Below are positions 22,493-34,857 of a stretch of DNA of 37,741 bases, in pieces. The notes under the pieces were generated by a model that worked only from the letters and a program-made list of their open reading frames with translations, was not told the DNA's origin and did not search any database. The DNA is from Malacoraja senta (Eukaryota): positions 1 through 37,741 of the forward strand of contig JAXLNO010000133.1 of assembly GCA_038087875.1 (NCBI GenBank). Direction: 5' to 3'. The position numbers were made by a program, and so were the translations under genes. How positions within the stretch are numbered: position 1 is the stretch's first letter; every line of letters begins with the position of its first letter.

Positions 22493-23208
22493 TTTTTATA
22501 AGATTAAAAATCTATCTTTCAACCACTGTGTTTGCATCATTTTGTTGTATGAGGTTAGTATCTGAAGGAACACCCTTTAAAAAACTCTCCCAATACTAAT
22601 CTGCTCCACCGAGTCCTTGTGGTGTCTCAATGAAAGAAAAAAAACATACAATCAAAGATTTGAAAGAGAAACAGTACACTTATCTGCCATTGTCTTTCAA
22701 TGCAAGTGAGAATTGACTCTTCCACTGCCATTGTGCTATCGTGGAAAATGTTGGGGACTTATTAGTTGGAACAAAAAAAAAATCTCTCAATCTCTTTTAT
22801 TCATCGTTGCTTTCATAGCTGCTGAAGAAGACAAAGCCTGACCCTGATTTACATATACAGTAAAAGCTTGACATTAATACAAGCAAATAGAATGGGGCTG
22901 GTGGATACATTCTGGAAACACTTCTGTTGTGTTAACAATTAACACAATCCCAGTTCATTGGTATCAGATGATCAGATAGCTGAACCGCCCAAGAAACGGC
23001 AGTGAATACAATGGATGCAGACGGAAAAAAAAAAAGTGCTGTCGCGAGTTACTGGTTTTGTAATTATCTTGCATACAATGCAGCCAGTTTACACTGACGC
23101 AGGCACCATGTTAACGGACAAGGGGTTGGAGACACTGGATCACAGGTGGGAATATTTGAGATACTGAGAAACGTCGAAACAAAAGGCAACCAAACTCAAT
23201 CTAAAAGC

Positions 23209-23464
23209 GGGCCTGTGCCACTTTCACGACCTAATTCACGACCTCTGCCGAGTTTGCCCTTGACTCATACTCGCAGCATGGTCGTCACGAGGCCGTAGGT
23301 AGGAGGTCGTGGGTAGGAGGTCGTAGGTAGGTCCTAGCAGGCCGTGATGCTAGTCGTAGGTACTCGTGGCATCAAGTAGGTCGGGGCGTTTTTTTCCAGC
23401 CTGATGAAAAATGTCCACGAGTAAAAAAAGGTCGTGAATTAGGTCGTGAAAGTGGGACAGGCCC
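23209..23464. mobile_element. MITE with the same outer TIR
   Basis: GGGCCTGTGCCACTTTCACGACCTAATTCACGACC ... GGTCGTGAATTAGGTCGTGAAAGTGGGACAGGCCC. Confidence 0.85.
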
Positions 23465-23849
23465 TTAAAAGAGCAAACGGCAAAGACAAAATTAATCTGC
23501 AATTTTTTAAATTGCGGGTACCCTTCTCAAAATAATGTTAATTATGAGGCATTTTTTCCAGCCATTTTGATTCCTGATTAAGCACTGAAGATATTTAAAT
23601 AGGTCAGGGCTTTCAAAACGTATTGATCCATTCAGTCATTCTTTTGATTCATTTGGTCGAAACAGACTCTTCACTAATGGGGAAGAAGCAAAGGACAAAA
23701 TGGTGGAAGGGGCAGTAGCTGTGATCGACATGGAATACCTTGCAGCCCGTCATCGAGAATACAAGACTCGGGCATGACGATATTGATCCATTTATCATTT
23801 TCCATATCTCCACACATCTCTCATAGCAATTCACTTTTTTTTTTTTTTA

Positions 23850-24073
23850 AAGAGATACAGCGCGGAAACAGGACCTTCGGCCCATCGAGTCTGCCCCGAC
23901 CAGCGATCCGCGCACATTAACACTACTCTTCACACACTGGGGTCAATTTCGCATTGACACCCAAGCAAATGTATCTACAAACCTGTACGTCATTGGGGCG
24001 GGGGAGGAAACCAAAATTCTCTGAGAAAACCCACGTGGTTCACAGGGAGAACGTACAAACTCCAGACAGACAG
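23850..24073 (-). mobile_element. V-SINE 3' part
   Basis: Tail and V-domain. Confidence 0.7.
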
Positions 24074-24539
24074 CATCTCTGGAGAGAAGGAATGGGTGAC
24101 TTTTCGAGTCGAGACTCTTCTTCAGACCTGAAACGCCACCCATTCCTCATGTCATAAGGTCATAGGTGATAGGAGGAGAATTAGGCCATTCGGCCCATCA
24201 AGTCTACTCCGCCATTCAATCATGTCTGATCTATCTCCCCCTCCTAACCCCATTCTCCTGCCTTCTCCCCATAACCCTTGACACCCGCACTAATCAAGAA
24301 TCTATCTATCTCTGCCTTCGGCCCACCGAGTCTGCACTGACTAGCGATCTACGCACACTAACACTAACACTCAGCGTTTGCACGTTCTCATGAGCTTCCT
24401 CCCACATCCCAAAGGCGTGCAGGTCCGTACGTTAACTGTGTCGGAAGGAACTGCAGATGCTGGTTTACACCGAAGATAGACGCAAAATGCTGGGGTAACT
24501 CAGCAGGACAGGCAGCATCTCTGGAGAGAAGGAACGGGT

Positions 24540-24567
24540 GACGTTTCGGGTCGAGACCCTTCTTCAG
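24540..24567 (-). ncRNA. Hammerhead-like core in PLE-end repeat (about 24437-24570)
   Basis: Same 28-nt core on the minus strand. Confidence 0.6.
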
Positions 24568-25136
24568 ACTAATGAGCGGAGGTAGAGGTCGGGGATAGGG
24601 CCAGTGTGCACCTGGAACAGAGATTGTTCGACATGCCCGACATAGCTGGGGCCCAAGCGAGTGCCCATAGCTATGCCTTGGATTTGGAGGAGTGGAAGGA
24701 GAAGTTGTTAAGGGTAAGGACCAGCTCTGCTGGGCGTTGACTGATGTCTCTAAAGTGTGCAGGTAAGGGGCAGAATCTAGGCCGAGTGGATGTGAATGCA
24801 GTGACAATATAAATAACTGCATGTGTGTGTTGATGGGCGCCTGTCAACTAGTAGGGGCTGGATGGGCCGAAGGGCCTGCTTTGTGCACCATGACTCTCTC
24901 AGAATCATCACGACTGCAGATACAATTTCACCCAAAATCGCTACTTCATACTAATCGGGTCAAAAAGCTTTCAACACACTTGGATATTTCTGAAGCTTCG
25001 GAGTTAACATGTCGGAGAATTGCTTACACAGGACTATTGGACAAATGCAACTCTGTCCATTAAAACGCACTCTCTCTCCACAATGTAAAAGAACAGGAAC
25101 CTTCGATATTAATCCTTTCACACTCCCACACTCCAA

Positions 25137-25556
25137 AGACAATAGACAATAGACAATAGACGCAGGAGTAGGCCATTCGGCCCTTCGAGCCAGCACCGCC
25201 ATTCAATGTGATCATGGCTGATCATCCCCAATCAGTACCCCGTTCCTGCCTTCTCCCCATATCCCCTGACTCCGCTATTTTTAAGAGCCCTATCTAGCTC
25301 TCTCTTGAAAGCATCCAGAGAACCTGCCTCCACCGCCCTCTGAGGCAGAGAATTCCACAGACTCACAACTCTCTGTGAGAAAAAGTGTTTCCTCGTCTCC
25401 GTTCTAAATGGCTTACTCATTATTCTTAAACTGTGTGGCCCCTGGTTCTGGACTCCCCCGACACCGGGAACATGTTTCCTGCCTCTAGCGTGTCCAAGCC
25501 CTTATCAATCTTATATGTTTCAATAAGATGCCCTCTCATCCTTCTAAACTCCAGAG
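25137..25556 (-). mobile_element. CR1 3' fragment
   Basis: SKPFRTETRKHFFSQRVVSLWNSLPQRAVEAGSLDAFKRELD; (GACAATA)n on +. Confidence 0.88.
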
Positions 25557-25805
25557 TTTAGGTTTGTAGGTCAATTGGCTTGGCATCAATGTCAAATTAT
25601 CCCCAGTGTGTGTGTACGTGTGTGTTTAGGATAGTGTTAGTGTGCGGGGATCGCTGGTTGGCGCGGACTCGCTGGGCCGAAGGGCCTGTTTCCGCGCTGT
25701 ATCTCGAAACTAAACTAAACCTCCCTATTCTGCAACCTACCGACACTCAAGGGGGCGTTTACACCAGCCAATTAGCCCCCCCAACCCAGGCGTCTTTGGG
25801 ATGGC

Positions 25806-26440
25806 ATTTTTTATTTCTTTTTCTTTTTAATTTTTTAATTTTTTTTTATTAGAAGTATTTTACATTACAGTAATCTGCAATAACGTAAGTTTATACGGTT
25901 CTTGTACCATTTTAAACTTTAATAGGAAAAAAGGATAGAAAGAGTTAGTAAAGATAGTCAGTGAGTGAATGCAAGAGTGGTCCAGGAACACCCCTATGGA
26001 CCTAAACCACAAGAAATAGTTTAAAAAAGAAAAGAAAAAAACCAAAAGGCGGAAAAAGAAAAAAGAAAAAAGAAAGTAAGATTGGACATTATGAGAGGGA
26101 TGTACCTACTTCTTATCTTTACTCACCCTCGCCAGGTCCTAAAACCATTCATTATCAACATTTTGTTGCACCCTATGTTTGTAATAAGTCGATATATGGA
26201 GACCAAATCTTTTGGAATTGGTCTTGTTTACCTGCTAGGAGGAATCTCATATCTTCTAGATGTAACAATTCTGACATATTAGAAGTCCACATTTTTATTG
26301 TTGGCGTAGGAGCATTTTTCCACAATTTCCGTATCAGTTTTTTTGCCGTTATTAAACCATAATTAAGAAAACTCCTTTGAAACGAAGTCAGCTCCAAACT
26401 TGCTTCTATTGTTCCAAAAATGGTGGCATTTTTAATTAGT
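25806..26440 (-). mobile_element. L1-clade LINE 3' fragment, same family as 4800-5287
   Basis: GLITAKKLIRKLWKNAPTPTIKMW...LLHLEDMRF...WSPYIDLLQT*; near-identical 3' UTR; T-rich tail on +. Confidence 0.82.
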
Positions 26441-27288
26441 CTCAGTACACTGACATCTTCTGCACTAGAAATATTCAACCTTTCTTTCCCCTCGTTCTCC
26501 ATTTGCACTCGGAGTTCTCAAGGAGCATCTTTGCAACCACTCCCATTTTTTTTATATTGTCCCTGGCTAAATTTACGTGATCACGTTACACCAAGCCATA
26601 ATCAACAGCAGCAGCGTTCAATATATTCTTGCACCATTTATTCTCTCCTCTGCCCCCGATTCTATTTGTGAATAAGGGCAGTATTGAATTACCTGTCTGA
26701 TATTGCACTTGGCTTTTCTTTGCCACACCGGATCCCAGGAGAATCACATGGCAACGGGCCCAGCGAGCCCATAATCCAAAATTGGAGTAAACCAGATCTA
26801 CATTGAAAGCACCGACAATAACCAATGCAATTCAACGATCAAATAAAACCCATCGCTGTTTACAGGAGGACTTCCCTGGTCTCAGAGTTCATGGCAAGTC
26901 TCACGAATGAAGGCAAACTGCTGTAACAGTTTTAGGCTATGGGACGGTGTCATGTCCTAAGCCGCCGACATTGTGGAACTTGTACTGTTATTAATGGGGC
27001 CGCCACCACAAAATTATTGCAACCCGATACAAAAAAAAGCTTCACAAATGTTTAAGGTGTAAATCTATCGGGGCGGAAACATGGCTCGTAGATATAAACG
27101 CACATATTACAATCCGGTCGGGTGGGGTGGTGTGTGGGGGGGGGGGCGGGGGAGAGAAGGGTGGTTATTGATGGAGGAAACGGTGCAAGGAAGAGCAGGG
27201 AAAGGTAGTTAAATGGGAGCAGAACATACAAGAAGCACTCAGCAGGTCAGGCAGCATCTGTGGAGAGAGAGAGAAGTGTCAATAATTC

Positions 27289-27578
27289 GGGGCGGCAGGG
27301 TGGCGCCATGCCAGTGACCCTGGTTCGATCCTGACTACGGGTGCTATCTGTATAGAGTTGGTACATTCTCCCCGTGACCTGCGTGGGTTTTCTCCAGGTG
27401 CTCCGGTTTCCTCCCACACTCCAAAGAGGTGCAGGTTTGTAGGCTAATTGGCTTGGTGTAAATGTAAATTGTCCCTAGTGTGTGTAGGGCGGTGTTGGTG
27501 AGCGGGGATCGCTGGTCGGCACAGACTCGGTGGGCCGAAGGGCCTATTTCCGCACTGTATCTCTAAACTAAACTGAAC
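27289..27578 (+). mobile_element. V-SINE
   Basis: Partly deleted head, B box, V-domain and tail. Confidence 0.8.
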
Positions 27579-27896
27579 TGAGCAGAGACTCTTCAACTTG
27601 CCGAACTTTCCACTGAATGTTTCCGACATTTACCTTAAAAAAAAAAAAAAAAATTCTCAAAGCTCCTGCTTCTGCCAGTCCGGTCGATTTTCATTTACTC
27701 GAGTAGAACTTGTTGCTGATTAAGGATAAGCCCTGTTGGCAATTTAAAAGAATTTAATTTATATTATTAGTGATCAATTTACAGTCATCGCCATAATGAA
27801 ATAATCTGCTGGGAAACAAAAAAGAACAATCCGTTTGATCCAAAAACCACCACCAAACACTGACAGATGAGACAGAGCACAGGGTCAGAATTAAAC

Positions 27897-28069
27897 TGTG
27901 TCGGCAGGAACTGCAGATGCTGGTTGACACCGAAGATAGACACAAAATGCTGGTGTAACTCAATGGGACAGGCAGCCATCACTGGATGCTGCCTGTCCCG
28001 CTGAGTTACTCCAGCATTTTGGGTCTATCTTCGGTGTAAACCGGAATCTGCACAGTTCCTTCCAACACA
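27897..28069. mobile_element. Fold-back PLE-end repeat lacking the core
   Basis: GGAACTGCAGATGCTGG...GGCAGC / GCTGCCTGTCCC...AGTTCCTTCC inverted arms. Confidence 0.75.
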
Positions 28070-28131
28070 TTTCGTGAAACTCAACTAAAACAGGACAAGA
28101 ACATGAGAAAGCTTTGCATTGGAGAAACCCA

Positions 28132-28385
28132 AACATAGACAACGGGTGCAGGAGTAGGCCATTCGGCCCTTCGAGCCAGCACTGCCATTCAATATGATCA
28201 TGGCTGATCATCCAAAATCAGTACCCCCTTCCTGCCCATATCCCCTGATTCCGTTAGCCCCAAGAGCTATATCCAACTCTCTCTTGAAAACATCCAGTGA
28301 ATTGGCCTCCACTACCTTCTGTGGCCAAGAATTCCACAGATTCACAACTCTCTGGGTGAAAAGGTTTTTCCTCACCTCAGTCTCG
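28132..28385 (-). mobile_element. CR1 3' fragment
   Basis: EVRKNLFTQRVVNLWNSWPQKVVEANSLDVFKRELD. Confidence 0.82.
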
Positions 28386-29059
28386 TTCCTCAACTCACAT
28401 TAAGTTCCGCAGAAATGTTTTCAAACTTGCTTGGCTCTGTGTGTCAGTGACTTACACATATTTCAAACTTGCAGAGAAGAATTACTCAGCCTACATGGCA
28501 AACTTCCTAAGCCTTCTAAGGAGTTGGAGGCGTTGATGTGCCTCTGCTGCCCCCCCCCCACCTCCACCCGTGGAAGATGCTGCCACCAACCCCCTCCCAT
28601 CATTCATTTACGTCTGCACTCTCCAGTGGCTGGAAGAGTGCGCCTGGATTGCGCGTCCCTCTCACGACTGTTTCCTTCCCGAGGTCAGAACTGTGAGGGA
28701 ACACACGAGCGGTGTGAGAACTTCAGCTGCAAGGGCCAACTCTTTCTGCAACAGTAGCATCGCATGAGGGAACTTGATAGCGTTGTTTTCAAAAGGGCAC
28801 CAAAGTTTGCCAACTTTTTAGAACTTTTCAAAACTGGTTGAGGGAAGTTAATGGAACTTTGTGAAGACCAGGAAACGGGCGCAGATGAATCTCAAGCCCA
28901 GTCCTACAAGGATTGATCCCCATTCGAGTCAAACCATTTATACCAGCCCATTTCCAAATGATTTTGAAGCCAGATGTAACTGTGTTGATCCCGTCTGGTC
29001 TCTCAGTGCCATTTCAAGTTCTGAACGGCCGGAACAAGGTTGGATTGATGGTGAGAGAA

Positions 29060-29497
29060 TAAAGTAGTAAACACTGCCCAGTCCATCATCGGCTCTGACC
29101 TCCCTACCATCGAGGGGATCTATCGCAGTCGCTGCCTCAAAAAGGCTGGCAGTATCATCAAGGACCCACACCATCCTGGCCACACACTCATCTCCCTGCT
29201 ACCTTCAGGTAGAAGGTACAGCAGCCTGAAGACTGCAACGACCAGGTTCAGGAATAGCTACTTCCCCACAGCCATCAGGCTATTAAACTTGGCTCGGACA
29301 AAACTCTGAACATTAATAGCCCATTATCTGTTATTTGCACTTTATTAGTTTATTTATTCATGTGTGTATATATTTATATAATGGTATATGGACACACTGA
29401 TCTGTTTTGTAGTCAATGCCTACTATGTTCTGTTGTGCTGAAGCAAAGCAAGAATTTCATTGTCCTATCAGGGACACATGACAATAAATTCTCTTGG
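29060..29497 (+). mobile_element. Rex1/Babar-type LINE 3' fragment
   Basis: VVNTAQSIIGSDLPTIEGIYRSRCLKKAGSIIKDPHHPGHTLISLLPSGRRYSSLKTATTRFRNSYFPTAIRLLN plus 3' UTR. Confidence 0.8.
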
Positions 29498-29836
29498 GGA
29501 TACTTGGGTTGCTGTGTTTCGTATGTGCAAGGCAGTTCAAGCAAGCATGTACCATCAGAACCATTAGTGTCTCCTCGCTGGCCAGAGCCACTCCCAGCCA
29601 CGACTACTGTACACTGCAGCAAGAAAATGGCCCATTTCCAACTTGGGGGGAGAAAGTTGAAAACATTGTTTTCTGATTTCTTTATGATAACCAAGCTCTC
29701 TCCAGTGGGGGGAAAAAACCCACTAATCCATCTCACCAATCGACTGGACACTCCTAGATTATAATTTCCTTGTCAGCACAGGACTAAAATAGACACTTGA
29801 ATTCCTTTGGGCAGTTTTATGCAACTTGTCACTTAA

Positions 29837-30250
29837 ATCTATTGCGTCGGTGACTTATGCAACAATTTCACCACTTGGTGTAGCACAGTGCCAAATCAGG
29901 CAGAGTATTTCAGATTCATTGAAGATAGACACAAAATGCTGGAGTGACTCAGCGGGACAGGCAGCATCCCTGGAGAGAAGGAATGGGTGACGTTTTGGCT
30001 CGACCCGAAACGTCACCCATTCAGTGTCAGTTCAGTTTAGTTTATTGTCACGTGTACCGAGGTACAGTGAAAAGTTTTTGTTGCGTGCTATCCAGCCAGC
30101 ATTCCTTCTCTCCAGAGATGCTGCCTGTCCCGCTGAGTTACTCCAGCTTTTTGTGTCTATCTTCAATGAATCTGAAATATTCTGCTTGATTTGGCACAGT
30201 GCTACAACAAGTGGTAAATATGTTGCATAAGTTTACCAGAAGCAATAGAT
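29837..30250. repeat. Long imperfect inverted repeat made of PLE ends plus about 85 bp of additional duplicated flank
   Basis: 29837-29930 is the near reverse complement of 30155-30250. Confidence 0.85.
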
Positions 30251-30592
30251 CTCAACCCGAAACGTCACCTATCCATGTTCTCCAGAGATGCTGCCTGACC
30301 CGCTGAGTTACTCCAGCACTCTGTGAAACGTCACCTATCCATGTTCTCCACAGATGCTGCCTGACCCGCTGAGTTACTCCAGCACTTTGTGAAACGTCAC
30401 CTATCCATGTTCTCCACAGATGCTGCCGGACCCGCTGAGTTACTCCAGCACTTTGTGAAACGTCACCTATCCATGTTCTCCACAGATGCTGCCTGACCCG
30501 CTGAGTTACTCCAGCACTCTGTGAAACGTCACCTATCCATGTTCTCCACAGATGCTGCCTGGCCCGCTGAGTTACTCCAGCGCTTTGTGTCC
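30251..30592 (+). repeat. Five tandem 66-bp PLE-end units
   Basis: GAAACGTCACC at 30259, 30325, 30391, 30457 and 30523. Confidence 0.92.
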
Positions 30593-30856
30593 TTTCAGAT
30601 CCAACCAGACTTGATTTCATGAGCGAATCTCTGCTGCATCTCCAGCAAAATGGACGCCAGCATTCTGCAGGGAACGAACGGCTGAAGGTTGATGGTTTTC
30701 CTAAAACGATATTCAATCTTGCCTCACACGCAGGACTGAAAAGTGTCCCGTGGGATTGTGCAGCGTGCGGTGGCATTGAAGCACTGCTCGTTTAAAAAAA
30801 AAAAAAAATGGTGGTTCTGCCCGTTTTAAACGCCGAAGAAACGCCAAGGAAATTCC

Positions 30857-31030
30857 TATCATGAGAGGAATAGATGGGGTAGATGCACCAAGTCTCTTGC
30901 CCAGAGTAGGGGAATCGAGGACCCGAGGACATAAGTTCAAGGTGAAGGGGAAAGATGTAATAGGAATCTGAGGGGTAACTTTTTCACACAGAGGGTGGTG
31001 GGTGCATGGAACGAGCTGCTGGAGGAGGTG
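30857..31030 (+). mobile_element. CR1 fragment
   Basis: MRGIDGVDAPSLLPRVGESRTRGHKFKVKG. Confidence 0.78.
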
Positions 31031-31039
31031 GAGGGTAGT

Positions 31040-31245
31040 TAAGAAGGAACTGCAGATGCTGGAAAATCGAAGGTAGACAAAAGTGCTGGAGAAACTCAGC
31101 GGGTGCAGCAGCATCTATGGAGCGAAGGAAATAGGCAACGTTTCGGGCCGTCTGAAGAAGGGTTTCGGCCCGAAACGTTGCCTATTTCCATCGCTCCATA
31201 GATGCTGCTGCACCCGCTGAGTTTCTCCAGCACTTTTGTCTACCT
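31040..31245. mobile_element. Fold-back PLE-end element with 11-bp target-site duplication, within CR1 sequence
   Basis: TGGAGGGTAGT at 31029-31039 and 31246-31256. Confidence 0.82.
31152..31179 (+). ncRNA. Hammerhead-like core, second subfamily (UUCG helix II loop, GUU triplet)
   Basis: CUGAAGA-A-GGGU-UUCG-GCCC-GAAAC-GUU; the same variant is on the minus strand at 34779-34806. Confidence 0.6.
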
Positions 31246-32019
31246 TGGAGGGTAGTGAATCTGTGGAACTCATTGCCACAGAGTCAGTCAGAAGCAGGCT
31301 CTTGGCCCGAAACCTCACCCATTCCTTCTCTCCAGAGATGCTACCCGTCCCGCTGAGTTACTCCAGCTTTTCGTGTCCCATCTTCGATTTAAACCAGCAT
31401 CTGCAGTTCCCCTTTGTATCAAAACAAATCTTGATTAGAACTTGGTGTCATGGGTTCTGGGGAGATGGCAGGAGAAGGAGGATTAGGAGGCAGAGAGATC
31501 AGCCACGATTGAATGGCGGAGCGGACTCGATGGGCCGAATGGCCTCATTCCACTCCTGGAACCTGCGAGCCGCATTGCGTGTCCGATTCTGCGGTGTCCC
31601 AGCTTTTGGCAACTCCACCAATCTCACTGGTGTTTACCGTTCGCTCTCCAGAGACCACGGCAGTACTGGGGCACACGGGACTGTGGGACAGCGCCCTGAT
31701 AATATAAAATTCAAATTGTAAAGCCATTATGTCATTCCCCTGGAATGAGCTGCAACGTTTCAGTACAATCTATGCCATTGTTTTGCAAAACTAGAACCGA
31801 TGCTTAAGGGTGAAGTGCCAAAGTTACCCACCTTCCAAGTAATGTGTTCCTTGTACATATTTCCACCCAAACTTTTCCTACAGTACAGTCAACGTTCATA
31901 ATGAATTTCGACCCGGCGTCTGAATTATTTAACACTGTGTGTCCCGGAGCATTTACGCCGTAATCAAAGCTTGTCGCTTCCATATCTTCAGTGATTCTGG
32001 GGGACATCCCGGAGATATG

Positions 32020-32505
32020 GCCCCACGGTGGCGCAGCGGGTGGAGCTGCTGCCTCACAGCGCCAGAGACCCGGGTTCCATCCCTCCTACGGGCGCTGTCT
32101 GTACGGAGTTTGCACGTTCTCCCCGTGACCCGCTGGGTTTTCTCCGAGATCCTCCAGTTTCCTCCCACACTCCAAAGACGTGCAGGTTTGTAGGTTAATT
32201 GGGCTTGGTATAAGTGTAAATTGTCCCTTAGTGTGTGCAGGGCAGTGTTAAAGGCCTGTCCCACCTGGCCGTCATTTGCGCGTCACGCAGATGCAACACG
32301 AAGATTTTGTACATCACAAAATCCTGCGCGTCACTGCCTATGTCATCATGCACCATGCGCGCATCACGGGCGTGTGTCGTGACGCATTAACAATGTCGCG
32401 TAAATTAGGCGCAAATGATGCCCAAGTGGGACAGGCCCGGGGATGGCTGGTCAGTGCGGATCCAATGGGCCGAAGGGCCTGTTTCCACGCTGTATCTCTC
32501 TAAAA
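32020..32505 (+). mobile_element. V-SINE hosting a MITE
   Basis: Head and V-domain 32020-32250, tail 32439-32505. Confidence 0.8.
32252..32438. mobile_element. MITE with the same outer TIR, nested in a V-SINE
   Basis: GGCCTGTCCCACCTGGCCGTCATTTGCG ... CGCAAATGATGCCCAAGTGGGACAGGCC; SINE sequence resumes after it. Confidence 0.8.
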
Positions 32506-33356
32506 CACAGATACTCTGAATGATAACTAAGATGCTGTCTCACCGTGCCAGAGGCCCGGGCTCGATCCTAACCTTGGGCGCTGTCTGTGTGGAGTTTGTA
32601 CGTTCGCTCTGCGACCACGTGGGCTTCCTCCCGCACTCCCAAGACGTGCAGGTCTGTCGGTTAGAAACAGGAAACTGCAGGTGCTGGGTTACGCAAAAGG
32701 GACACAAAAGTACTGGAGTAACTCAGCGGGTCAGGCAGCATCACCAATGAGGTAGATAGTAGTTCAGCTCTGCTCTCTGGTTGTGGTAGGATGGTTCAGT
32801 TGCCTGATAACAGCTGGGAAGAAACTGTGACCCAATCTAGTTTCCCAAGAGCAGTGCCTCCAGAAGAAATTTCTAACGAGAGGGAACTTGTATTCCCACA
32901 ACACCCATTTCTTCCGGAGTCACACATGTAATGCTGAAACAAGGAACCGCAGATGCTGGTTTACTGAATAAAAAGACACAAAGTGCCGGATTAACTCAGC
33001 GGGTCATCGTCTGGAGAACGTGGATAGGTGACGTTTCTGCTGAGTGGATCCAGCACTTGGTGTCTTTTTTCCCCCACACAGATGTAATATTCTGTAGCAA
33101 ACATATTTTCCACTTCAGTCTTCTCCTCATAGAGTCATACAACATGGAAATAGGCCTATCGGCCCAACTTGCCCATGCTAAGGTGCCCCATCTACGCTGG
33201 TCTCATTTGCCTGCGTTTGGCTCATGTCCTTTCCTATCCATCTACCTGTCCAAATGTCCTTTAAATGTGGTACAGTACCTGCCTCAACTCTCTTCTCTGG
33301 CAGATCGTTCCATTCACAGTTCACCCACTACACTCCGCGTGAAAACGTTGCTCCTC

Positions 33357-33990
33357 CGAATGGCATGTTGGCCTTTATAACAAGAGTCGTCGAGTATAGG
33401 AGCAAAGAGATCCTTCTGCAGTTGTACAGGGCCCCAGTGAGACCATGCCTGGAGTATTGTGTGCAGTTTTGGTCCCCGAATTTGAGGAAGGACATTCTTG
33501 CTATTGAGGGAGTGCAGCGTAGGTTTACAAGGTTAATTCCAGGGATGGCGGGACTGTCATATGCTGAGAGAATGGAGCAGCTGGGCTTGTACACTCTGGA
33601 GTTTAGAAGGATGAGAGGGTTTCTCATTGAAACATATAAGATTGTTAAGGGTTTGGACATGCTGGAGGCAGGAAACATGTTCCCGATGTTGGGGGAGTCC
33701 AGAACCAGGGGCCACAGTTTAAGAATAAGGAGTAAGCCATTTAGAACGGAGACGAGGAAACACTCAAACACAGAGTGGTGAGTCTGTGGAATTCTCTGCC
33801 TCAGAGGGCGGTGGAGGCAGGTTCTCTGGATACTTTCAAGAGAGAGCTAGATAGGGCTCTTAAAGAGAGCGGAGTCAGGGAATATGGGGAGAAGGCAGGA
33901 ACGGGGTACTGATTGTGGATGATCAGCCTTGATCACATTGAATGGCTCGAAGGGCCGAATGGCCTACTCCTGCACCTATTGTCTATTGTC
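33357..33990 (+). mobile_element. Longest CR1 3' fragment in the window
   Basis: NGMLAFITRVVEYRSKEILLQLYRAPVRPCLEYCVQFWSPNLRKDILAIEGVQRRFTRLIPGM...; frame broken near 33765; intact 3' UTR. Confidence 0.9.
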
Positions 33991-34544
33991 TCAGATTCTC
34001 ATTTCATCTTTCCACTCTCATCTTAAAGAAATGTCCTCGAAGAGTCTCGACCCGAAACGGCACCTTTATCTTTTCTCCAGAAATGCTGCCTCACCCGCTG
34101 AGTTACTCCAGCATTTTGTGTCTACCTTCGATTTAAACCAGCATCTGCAGTTCTTTCCGACTTAAAAACAAAAAAACCTGTTCTGTCAACTGGTTAAAAC
34201 GAGCTGGTAAAAGAACTGAAGCTTCCCTTCAAGATGTGAAATCGCGGGCACTCGTAAGTTGCAACATGAAACAGTTAACAGCTCAGACCCGAGCACCAGG
34301 AAACAAAAGAGATCCTTCAACTCGGTGGGTCAGTCCCAAGCATGGTCTGATTGTGGCCTTCAGTCAAGGCACTGTGGGCAGATTGGAAGTGCGCAAATGG
34401 TAGGTTTTATTGTCAGCTTTTCCAGCCTTCCCACCACTGTGACCCTGGTTAGTGCAATGTGGGCAGAGACCGAGCTGATTATACGCGCTTTGTCTCAATT
34501 CAAATGCTGCTCAAACTCTTCACTCAGCACATTGGCTTCAGTTT

Positions 34545-34840
34545 AGGAAGGAACTGCAGGTGCTGGTTGACACCGAAGATGGACGCAAAGTGCTGGAGTA
34601 ACAGGCAGCATCTCTGCAGCGACAGTCTGAAGAAGGGTCTCAACCCGAAACATCACCCATTCCTCCTCTCCAGAGATGCTGCCTGTCCCGCTGAGTTACT
34701 CCAGCTTTTTGGGGGTAGATAAAAGTGCTGGAGAAACTCAGCGGGTGCAGCAGCATCTATGGAGCGAAGGAAATAGGCAACGTTTCGGGCCGAAACCCTT
34801 CTTCAGCCTGATGATTTCCAGCATCTGCAGTTCCTTCTTA
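34545..34840. mobile_element. Cluster of PLE-end repeats of both subfamilies in mixed orientation
   Basis: Same repeat motifs; cores at about 34627 (+, mutated) and 34779-34806 (-). Confidence 0.72.
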
Positions 34841-34857
34841 ATCACTGAGTCTATATT

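Noticed and set aside
30259..30588. CRISPR-like regular array (also 16410-16737 and 3761-4029)
   Set aside because: Whole 66-bp units repeat with no unique spacers; eukaryotic context and no cas genes.
33224..33781. 185-aa ORF as a host gene
   Set aside because: CR1 ORF2 C-terminal fragment fused to unrelated repeat sequence.
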